Positions 49,463 to 59,010 of a stretch of DNA of 61,232 bases are shown here, piece after piece (position 1 is the stretch's first letter; each line of letters begins with the position of its first letter). The stretch is taken from the NCBI GenBank assembly GCA_000708835.1, contig DF237498.1, positions 1 to 61,232 on the forward strand, given 5' to 3'. Below the pieces are notes generated by a model that saw only the letters and a list, made by a program, of their open reading frames with translations, made no database searches and had not been told where the DNA came from. This DNA is from Klebsormidium nitens. Lineage: Eukaryota > Plantae > Klebsormidiophyceae. Made by a program: the position numbers and the translations under genes.

Positions 49463-51594
49463 CTTCGATACCTTATTGCTGTTTGCGGCTTCCCCCTAAG
49501 CCAGTCAACGAGCAACCCCCCTCACAGACGACCTTGACTACCTGAATTCGATACTCTATTGCCCGCGAATGTTAGCCCTAAGTCAGGTCACAATCACCCT
49601 CGCCCGCTAATCGATGTGTCCAGACCACCTGGGTGCACAGCAGCTCTCCTGCTCTTTGGTCCCTCTCCCGGGTGCGGTCGTGTCTCTTCCGTAGGTTCTG
49701 CGCACTCATGCACTGTGTACAACGTTTGTGCAGGAGAGAAGCGCGGGTGCTCAGACAGGATCGTTGACCGGACAGGATGCCCCTTCCGAGGAGCTGGTCG
49801 TGGACTCTGGCGCATCTACGCGCCCACGTGCTCTGCAGGTTGGGGCTACACCGGTAAGTTTTGGGCAAAGCATTCGCTTTCTTCGCCACGGCAAGTGCTT
49901 TCACAGGGTTTGTCCCAATCTCGAAGGCCAGCTACATCCATCTTTGTGCCTTCTCGGCAGAACAAGGCATGGTCGTTCTTTCGGGATCATCTTTTGAGCT
50001 CTCAAAACCCTCCTCAAGCCAAGTCCTTGGAAGAGGCCGGCCATCCTGTAGTTTTGCTGAGTGCGCGGGCGCAACTTGTGGTCGCCTCCTCAGAACGACT
50101 TGCTTCCTTACTTAAGGCTTGCTCATTGCAAGATATGCTCCGTCAGTCGCGCACTCTATGAATGTGTGCAAGTCCTTGTCATGCAGGCCTCGTCTGCTGA
50201 ACGTCAGCTCGAAGAAGACGGCGCCATCATTGTCCACAGGGAGCAGGACGGCAAGCTGTTCACCGTCAAGAAGGCGGAGTTGGGCACCTTCTTCTTTGCA
50301 AAGCGCAAGTTCACAAGGGAGCCGGTCAATTACAAAGACCCTAAGGACGGGCCGCAGGGCTTCTGCAGACGCTACGGCGAGGTCCTCGGTCATCGGGTGG
50401 AGATTCGGCGCTTGTGCCCCTCCCGAGAATTTGGATCCTACTCCAATTGGCCCACCGCATACCCTTTTCTAGAAGGGCAGCAACACCTCGAAGAGGCAAT
50501 CAAGACTGGGTGCGTGTGCAAGCCCTATCTGGACCTAGAGAGAGATGGGGGGCTGCCAGAGGGAGTGACGCTGGAGACGGTCATCCGGGCGTTTGAGGCG
50601 GCCACCATCGACATCTTTCGGGAGGACTACGACATCGAGCTGCCTTCCGAGTCCTTCAACTTTCTGCCCTGCGACTACGGCCCTAGCGGCAAGTTTAGCC
50701 TGCACCTGGTGGTCTCGACTCACTCCCCCCAGTACGTCTACCGGTCCAACCTTGCTGCGCCTGTTGACCATCAAGGCGCCGGGCACCTCGCCAAGGAGCT
50801 CGCCCGGCGCTTGCCCCCGCGGTACGCCGAGCTTATTGACCAGTCGGTCTACACCAAGAACCGGGGGATTAGGCTCCCCTTCTGCTCAAAGCCCGCCACG
50901 CCGCGCAGCCGTCTCGTCCCCCTAGACGAGACGAAGCCGTACGCAGATGCGTGCATCACGTGGTTGGATGACCACATCCAAACCATCAAGGTGCCGGCCA
51001 GCCTGCCAGACGTAGTGGCAGCTAGACTCCCGCGCACCAGGCCCGAGCACTTTCGGTACCAGAGTGCCACGACGGCCAGCGCGTACGTGGTCCAGAGGTG
51101 CACCGAGCTGCTCCTGACTTTGCACCCGACTGCATACCGCAAGGGCTCCGTATCAGCAAACTCTCTAAATTTCAGCTGGTACGACCGGAGCGAGCCGTGC
51201 TACTCGGGGCATGTGCACGAGGGTTCACGTGACATCCTCGTCATCGCTGACCCCCAGCGCAACGCGGTCTTTGCCAAGTCCGACAGCGCGCGCCTTGAGC
51301 CGGCAACGGGCCGGTGCTGCAAGGTTCTGCCAGCGCGTTTCCTGGGCCCGTTCTACGCGGATGTCGAGACTTGGAAGGACGAGGCCGTCGAGGTGAACAT
51401 GCGGTACCTGGAGCGGGACCCGCTGGCCGCTGCGCCCATGGATCTGGAGCAGATTCGCGGCGGGTTCCGCCCGTTGACGGACAAGGTCGTTTTCAATGAT
51501 GTCTTGAACAAGTGAGTGTTGGCGCTCTGTGCGCGAGCAAGGTCGGTTGCGGAGAGGAGTGCGGTTTGCATAGCACTTTGATGAATCCAAGTGC

Positions 51595-51800
51595 GGGCCG
51601 GACCTTGTCAATGATTCTTCATGAACCATAAATTAGGCCGGCCATCCCAGCCATTCAGAAGCAAGTGGCAAAGCAGATTCGGTCTCCTGGACCACACCTT
51701 GCGAATGGTTATTAGGGAACTCACTTTTCGCCTCATAAGATCCATTCGCAACGTGTGGTCCAAAGGATCATAAACCAAACCGGCCACTTTGGCTGGATTC
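51595..51800 (+). repeat. 72-bp palindrome family, copy 6 (51689-51761) plus a half copy, in the intron between primase and helicase
   Basis: GGACCACACCTTG-N47-CAACGTGTGGTCC preceded by GGCCGGCCATCCCAGCC. Confidence 0.88.
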
Positions 51801-54179
51801 TTGCTAGAAATAGTCTTGTGTAAAGGATGTTTTGAGGCCGTGCAAACAAGCCCTTGATTCCAACCCATGCAATAGCGCTGTCTCTCCGCAGGTGGCAGGA
51901 GGGCCGTTACAAGGCGGCGCTTATCAGGAGCCCCATGGGCACCGGGAAGTCGACGGTCACCCGTGCCATCCTCGAGGAGCCCCCCCGTCCGCACACTGCC
52001 CTCATGATAACCTATCGACAGACGCAAGCCAGCGACGCAGCCGGAAGCAACCCAGACTTTGCGCATTATTGCGACCTGAAGACAACATGCGGGCGTGTGG
52101 CCGGGGACCACGTCATCAAGCCTCTTGCCGACAGAGAGCTCTACCCGCGTGTGATTTGCCAGGTCGACAGTCTGCCTTGGCTCCTTGGCGATGATGCGCG
52201 CGCTCCTGCTTTCGACCTGCTCATTCTCGATGAGATCGAGTCGATCCTTGCGCACCTCTCGGCCGACACCCTCTCGGAGAGGCATGTCGTCATCCGGCTG
52301 ATAGTCGATCTGCTTCGCCGTGCGCGCCGGGTCATCTGCCTCGATGGGCACTTAGGCCAACGGACCTTTGACTTCTTGACGCTGCACGGGATTCGCTGCG
52401 GTGCCGTGATTATCAACAAGCACGTGCCGGAGCGGCCTCTCGACTTCGAGTTCCTCGAGGGGCAAGCAGGGCTCCAGCTGTGGGAGAGCGCAATCTTTGA
52501 GGCGCTCAGTGCGGGTCAGAACGTGTTTGTGGTGAGCATGTCGTCGGACAGGGCGCGGGCTTTGGGGAGCGCTGTGGCAGAGCAGGAGCTCGTGGAGGAG
52601 AAGGAGGTCCTCATCATTACGCGCCACTCTGACGGGGAGGTGAAGCGGGGCCTCAGCGACGTGAACAGGAGCTGGAAGAAGCGGCTGGTCATCATCAGCC
52701 CGACCGTGGAGGCGGGGGTCGACTTCAACCAGCCATGGTTCCACCGGATGTTCCTGTACATCTGCAAGAAGAGCACGCACCCACGGGGGCTCGACCAGAT
52801 GAAGGGGCGGGTCCGGCAGCTGGTCGACTCTCTGGTCCTGTGCTTCGTCAGAGAGGGTATCAAGCTGCCGACAGAGGGGCCAGAGGGAAGCGCCTACAGA
52901 ACGCGCATGGGGGGCAGTGCTAGAAATGTTCCGAGGCTCGGGGTCGAGGAGACGTATCAATGGTTCCTCAACCGCGACGAGAAGGTGGGCGCCGGGCTGT
53001 TCTGCGAGGGCCCAGTCACGCGCCTGCTCGCTCACAACGAGAAGGAGCAATTCAATGGTCGGACACACTTTTACGAGGAGTTCACCGAGCTGCTCGAGAG
53101 TGATGGCCACGTTGTGAGAGGGGTGCGGGTCGTGGATCCGGCCGAGGTGGAGGCGCCCGGCGCGGGGGATCAGCCCAGGGGCAGGTTCTTGCTTGAGGAG
53201 ATGATCCGAGTCTCCGACATCACCCCCGGTCAATTTGCCGCCATTGAAGCACGGGTCAGGAGGAACGAGGACTATCCGGGGGACAGGGTGCAAGTTGGAG
53301 AAGTACCAGCTGGCACGCTTCTACCGCGTGCGCCACCTTGACGCCAACTTTCTTAGGATTTTTGGCCCCTACCCGAACCAGGCGGTTGAGTTCATGCTGC
53401 AGGTCGTCGACCCCAAGTACGACTTCAACACAGCCGAGATCGGGAGGCACCTTTACCCTAAGCAGAAGGCCACCATCGCTAGGGAGTTGCTGGAGGTGCT
53501 GGGCTTTCCGCACCCCCTCGCCCATGGGCACGTCACCGGCACCCTTGCAGAGTTGAGAGAGACGCTAGCGACCACCATCTACTTCCGTGAATACACCGAG
53601 AACGTGAAGTTGTTTCACGAGCGCGCGCGCGGGAACCAGGATGTCTTGGCGAAGCAAAAGTCAGCCACGACGGCCTTGAACCACGTCTTTTCGGAGCTCG
53701 GGCTGCAGCTCGAGGCCATGCAAAACGGCCGAGAGCCACGAACCGCAGAGGGGCGCAGGGGTTCTCGCATGTATGGGGGGTGGAAGCTGCTGCGGGCGCC
53801 AAAGGAGCGCACACGGCCGGTCGTTGGACCGGTGGGGGTCGACCTCATGGCCCAGCTCTTGAAGTTGCGCGTGGAGGATTCGGCCGTCTTGAAGTCGCGG
53901 ATCCAGGGGCCATTGAGAGAGTATGTTGACGGGGTTCCTTTTAGGTGGCCAACAATGGTGGCTCGAGATGAGATGTGTCGGATTGTAGTAGGGCAGGCTT
54001 GTGGTTCTAACGTCTGATTCTCATGCAAGTTCGACAGCGCACGTTGTCTAGATTTGGGATATTGAAGACATCAGCAACCGTTGAGTACAATGGAGATCGC
54101 TTGTATATGCTTGAGGCGCATTGATGTGTGTTGCAAAGCGGCCCGCTCGGTAATTGACGACTCCAATTTTACTAGATAG

Positions 54180-54680
54180 TAAGCCAAACCGGCCACCCTT
54201 GTGCAAACCACACCTTGTCAATATTTTTGAAGGGAATGTCACTCTCTGCTAGAAAAATCCATCTAATGAGCTACAATGGCCATCCCAGCCAATAAGAAGC
54301 ACATGGCATGCAAAGGTCTCGTCAGCCTTTCACGGACCACACCTTGACAATGATTTTTGGGAAGCTCACTCTTTCCCCCTCGGATCCATCTGCAAGGTGT
54401 GGTCCACCGCTTTGTAAGCCCGACCAACCATCCCTGCGATTAGAAAGTAGATGGGAAAGCAACTCACTCGCGTGGACCACACCTTGACAATGATTATTGA
54501 GAAGCTCACTCTTTCCCTCTCGGATCCATCTGCAAGGTGTGGTCCACCTTTGCCAGCCAGTACGGCCATCCCAGCCAATAAGAAGCACATGGCATGCAAA
54601 GGTCTCGTGAGCCCTTCATGGACCAATAGGAAGCACATGGCATGCAAAGGTCTCGTCAGCCCTTCACGGAGCTTGCGCTG
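54180..54680 (+). repeat. Tandem cluster of the palindrome family: copies 7-8 (54334-54405, 54474-54545) plus partial units
   Basis: ~140-bp period, flank GGCCATCCCAGCCAATAAGAAGCACATGGCATGCAAAGG, directly downstream of the helicase stop. Confidence 0.9.
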
Positions 54681-54810
54681 TACTGATCAAGTGTGTAGCC
54701 CTCCATAGCCCGCAAAGACCAGCACGATACATTGAATGAGCATTGAAGGATTGCTCAATCTGGCCACCCTAGAAAAACGCAAGTACATGTGGAATCGGCG
54801 ATACGACATA

Positions 54811-55180
54811 TGCCTCAGCCATGCCAACGTTATCGTGGCACGCCCACCAAAATTTTGTCCCCAAATTTGGACAGCTCGGCCACTCGAGTTCTCTGCCGTT
54901 GACCACAACATGAGCACTGCGTGCTACTGCCTCAGCCATGCTGACGTCCTCATGCCATGCCCACGGAAAAGGTGCGTCACAAGCTCGGACACCTTGGACA
55001 CTCGAGTCTCTGCCGTTGGCCACGACATGTCGTGGGCTTCTACCTCAGCCATGCTGACGTCGTCGCGGCACGCCCATTGAAAAGGTGCGTCACAAGCTTG
55101 GACACCTTGGACACTCGAGTCTCTGCCGTTGACCACTCGTGACATGCCGCGGACTTCTGCCTCACCCATGCTGACGTCAT
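54811..55180 (+). repeat. Tandem array of ~113-117-bp units (3.3 copies)
   Basis: CCTCA(G/C)CCATGC recurs near 54811, 54928, 55041 and 55158. Units contain GGACACCTTGGACACTCGAG or a variant. Confidence 0.85.
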
Positions 55181-55349
55181 CACGGTCACGTGGATACAAC
55201 AACGGAGCACTGTAAGTGAGAGAGTGGCATTCGGACGCAAGCAGTGGCACATGCCAATTATGCCGCACACTAAAACAACAAGGCAAATATGCACTTAACA
55301 GATGCATACTTAGAGACTTCGGTTTGCTACTTTTGAGATCATTCTCATC

Positions 55350-56527
55350 ATGGTAGCTTCTAGCCCGCTGCATGCCACGCCATCAGCAACGTCAGCTTCC
55401 TCGCCACTTTGGAAGAGGGACAACGGCTGCTTTGTCTGCTTCGAACAGCATGCCAATGCGTCAGAAATCTGCGGCAAGAGCTTCGCATCAAAGCAAGCCC
55501 TCGAAGGCCATCGCGGGCGCAAGGGGTGCACGCCAGCAAAGCTTCCGAGCGATCGTGCATACTCAAAGTACCATGGCTTGGAGCCCGGAGCTGCCCATGC
55601 GCTGAAGCGCCAGAGCAACACCGCAGCAGTCTCAAAATACAGGCACACCTTGGACGGGAAGCGCGCCGTCTTCCGCGCGCGGCACATATCGAAGCTTCGA
55701 AGCATGGTCATCGACGCCGTGCCTGCTCCACCAATGCCAAAGGCGCCAAATTTTGTGAGGCCGCCCATATCGTGGCTCATTGCCGACGCCCAGCTCCTCC
55801 CATTCGAAGTTCCGGAGCTCTTCGAAAGCGGCAAGACTGGCCTGAGCCACAAGACGTGGAGCCTCAAGTACCATCCTGACAAGGTCGAGGTATGCATTCA
55901 TGACTTCACATCGCTTTGAAGACCAGCCATACAAACTCTTGTGTATGTGTATCGTCAAGCGTTTTGTTTAGTGTACAGTTCTCGTCAAACAGTGTTCATT
56001 CACCGTGATTTTGACCAATGAAACACACTTCTCGAGTTGTCGTGAACATCTGTCTGGCCCACCCTCTCGAGTATGTTTTTCCATCAAATAGTGTACATAA
56101 CTTGATATTTTATTTGAATCCGTGTACACGCAATCTTATTGACTGCAGTCTTTGAGCGCAGGCAAAAGTCCTTTTATGCTTTGTTGAGCATTTCATGGGC
56201 TCTGCAACCAGTGGCCTAACCCAAGAGCAAGCAAAGGCTCTTTATGCTACCGAGCTATTCGCCCCACTGAACGACGAAAGATTCAAGCCCGGTCTCATTG
56301 CCCAAAAGTCACGTGGCATGCTATGGCGCGCCTGGATGAATGTTGAATACGCACTCGTCGACGAGTACGCAGAATATCTTCAAGAGTTTAGGGAGTACAA
56401 GGTGGAACGAGAGCGCGTAATCCAGAAGCTAGAAGGAGCACGAGCGCGCTGGATTGAGAACCACCTCGATCAGAAGTTTAGGAACTCCAGGGGGTTCAAG
56501 CAACACGTAGCACAGAATCTGAATTAG
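55350..56527 (+). CDS. Two-exon hypothetical protein with a zinc-finger-like segment and a KYHPDK (J-domain HPD-like) motif
   Basis: Exons 55350-55889 (gtatgc donor) and 56162-56527 (cag acceptor), phase 0. Motifs ICGKSFASKQALEGH and WSLKYHPDK. Confidence 0.6.
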
Positions 56528-56629
56528 CTAGTGTATTGTTGGGGCTTCGTGGCACTCGTCATGTCAGCAACTCGTGTTAGCAATTAGCAAAATTCTGCCC
56601 TTTACATAATACACTAGTTAGGTTTGCAA

Positions 56630-57145
56630 ATGGATTCGATCATCCGTTATCCACCAAAGGACCAAGCTGCAGTGTGCGAGATGGACAAGAAGGTGTATAG
56701 GTCTGTAAGGTGTGCCATCACACGATGCTACCAAGATCTAGGCGTTATGAGTACTCATCTTGACATAGGAGCCTTGGCCGGCTTGCGAGCCTTGACTCCT
56801 CCCTACAATCTCGGCCATATCATCCGAAAAGTCGTGAGGTCCTTGGTTGCAGAAGGATTCCACGCTTTCTGGGACAAGTCTGGCCTACATGGCAACTCAA
56901 TGTACATAGTCTATGTCGATTGGAGACGTGCATTGAAATGCGCCAGGAAGGCGGAACATGAGGCCCATCGCCGACCTCAAAATCCATGCGCAGATACCTT
57001 TGATGAGCGAAGGAGGGGCTCTTCAAGCCATCTTGAATGCGTGGCAGCAGAAGGTAGCACTAACGACCGAGAGACAGAGGATGTCGAAGTTCCTTTCCTT
57101 GAAATGCTAGCAAATCCATTGAAGCGGCCGCGTTTACCCACATAA
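56630..57145 (+). CDS. Hypothetical protein resembling a small conserved NCLDV family (possibly DUF5759)
   Basis: Intronless. PPYNLGHIIRKVVRSLVAEGF...IVYVDW resembles the recalled P.Y.....YI...L...GF.V.....IYISW pattern. Not searched. Confidence 0.5.
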   Translation: MDSIIRYPPKDQAAVCEMDKKVYRSVRCAITRCYQDLGVMSTHLDIGALAGLRALTPPYNLGHIIRKVVRSLVAEGFHAFWDKSGLHGNSMYIVYVDWRRALKCARKAEHEAHRRPQNPCADTFDERRRGSSSHLECVAAEGSTNDRETEDVEVPFLEMLANPLKRPRLPT

Positions 57146-57204
57146 CAGAGAAAGCATGCTCCTATTAAAGGAATGAACGGGCTTTGGAGTGTTTAATGAA
57201 AAAA

Positions 57205-57480
57205 AGATGTACGGCCATATTCACATTATCTGATCTAGTCACTTTTGTAAAAGCACAACGTTCAAGATGCCGGCCAATTTGGTCAAAATGCAAAGCCTTG
57301 CTTTAACAGCGTTCTTTGAAAGCACAACGACGTCAAACGAAAGCTACACTTGTTTATGCACAAGAGCATAATTCGAACTAAACTAACGGCCAATTTGGTC
57401 ATATTGCAAAGCCCGCATGCTCTGAATTGCTTTCTTTGAAAGCACGACGAAACGATCACAATCCGGTTAGCAAGCCGTCC
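57205..57480 (+). repeat. Tandem array with 117-bp period (2-2.5 copies)
   Basis: CGGCCAATTTGGTCA..TGCAAAGCC..TTCTTTGAAAGCAC near 57270 and 57387. Confidence 0.75.
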
Positions 57481-59010
57481 GTTGATATTCAAACACCATT
57501 TATTTGCTAATTGGTAAAGTCTCTAACATTGACTATATCCGGCAGCTTGAGATGCCGCCCTTCAACGTCCCGATTGGAAATTGGCGCTTTTGGCCAAACA
57601 ACCTCACAAAATCGTCAGAAAGCCACTAAATTGGTAATTGATCAACGTGCCAGGCTTGGGAGGCGGCCCGGGACCTGCCGTGGCAACAGCAAGGGCAGGC
57701 ACATCCAACACACGGCGAGCTCAATCCAAGATCCGGTCGCGAGGCGGCATGCCGGCTACCGCTCAAGCGGCTCTTCTTTCGACACCGACGGTGACGCTTT
57801 CTAAGTCGATGGCAGCAGACAAGAGCGGCAAGCGTTAGAAGATGTGCAGCTAACCAAAAGGAGAACACTTGTGCTCTCAGCATAAGACCTTCAAAGCGTG
57901 TGATGGAGGCCTTTTAAATGATTTTGCCGGCAATGTTGCAGCTAATCTAGGATAATAAGCTGATAATCAGGTAGCTTTGATCAGCCAACCATATGAAATA
58001 AGATGCATTCTTGTCTTAGTTAGGATTCACATACATTCCCGTTTTTGCAGCACCCGCTGCAAAACGATGTACTCCAGGGTAATTGGGACTTTCGGACCAT
58101 GCAGTGCTCACCCGCATGGTAAGGCGATAAGGCCTTAAGAGCTTGAGTATAAGCTTCGGATTGACGCCGACATCTTGGTGATCTTCCCTTGCCCATCATA
58201 CATATCGTTAATGATGGCCTTAGAAATGGGGTGCCAGAGCTTATCCATCTTACAGTCATGCAGATAGAAAATGCGCTGATCAAAACATACAAAATATAGT
58301 AACTTGCAATGGGAAAGGCCTCAGTCTCAAAGCATATGATTGATCAGTCGCAAATCGCCGATGAATCGAAACCTGTGGTATTTTGCGTATGAGTGTGTGT
58401 CATTTGATGATATTTAGCCACGATAGGTCTGCTGAATGCCTTCATTGCACTTGATCATGATGCAAATGATATATGTTACAGATGAAATGGACGATCATAC
58501 GGCAGCTGAAGCAGCGCTTTGTCAGTTTGAGTTTTCTGGCAGACAGAGTAAGGACTCTACAAGGACTCAATTCAAGCGAAGGTTGTGTGTAGTTTTGTTC
58601 AAAGAAAGAACATTGCTGTGGGCTTAGGACAAGTAGCCACTGGTGTAACATATTACATGTTTGCATTTCTTTCCGAGAAGAGCACCTTTCCCACAGTCGT
58701 TGTACAACTTAACAGCTTGCATTTGTAGCTTCTGCTCCAGTGGAAAATAACTCCACAAACATTCGTAATGTGTAATTGTGTCCACATGAGCACGTTCTCA
58801 TGAGTCAGAAAGACCTTCAAGAGAAATATTGAGGCCTGATCCGGTTGCCACATTTGACGGGAAGAGCACGAACGTTGAACATAATGAGCGTTGCAGATTC
58901 AGTCATGCATGCTCCGGTCTGACAACGTTACCTCATCAGCATCATTGGGGATGTCCTTCAATTGTGTAAAGGATCACCCGCATGGTCCCCACAAGCCCTT
59001 CTGAGAAGAT

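Larger units (their letters stand above)
45399..54017 (+). pseudogene. Spliced UBL + acidic linker + AEP primase + UL9/origin-binding-like SF2 helicase (ASFV F1055L-like core), one frameshift near 53278-53295
   Basis: Phase-consistent GT-AG exons 45399-46177, 46476-46610, 47187-47390, 47672-48256, 48786-48980, 49734-49853, 50187-51511, 51892-54017. AEP motifs KPYLDLE (~50520), FSLHLVV (~50695), DQSVYTKNRGIRLPFCSK (~50840). Helicase motifs SPMGTGKS (~51930), LILDEIES (~52220), CLDGHL, SPTVEAGVDF, QMKGRVR. Start codon not found. The frameshift could be an assembly error. Confidence 0.75.
43600..58900. mobile_element. Virus-like island (endogenous viral or self-replicating element), boundaries approximate
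   Basis: Lies between two host-type genes. Holds an AEP-SF2 primase-helicase, a phage/giant-virus-like small gene, an NCLDV-like small gene and island-restricted palindromic and tandem repeats. No terminal repeats, TSD, integrase or capsid gene recognised. Confidence 0.6.

Noticed and set aside
46178-51891. Introner origin for all introns of the primase-helicase gene
   Set aside because: The palindrome is in only three of seven introns, does not define their boundaries, and also occurs outside the gene.
51608-53293. Long minus-strand ORFs 51608-52351 and 52352-53293
   Set aside because: They are antisense shadows of the GC-rich helicase exon and carry no motifs.
45136-54680. CRISPR-like reading of the palindrome family
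   Set aside because: Eukaryotic context, spacers are homologous to one another rather than unique, copies are dispersed, and no cas genes are present.
43540-59010. Terminal inverted or direct repeats, integrase, transposase or capsid gene for the island
   Set aside because: None could be supported by eye, so the boundaries are left approximate.
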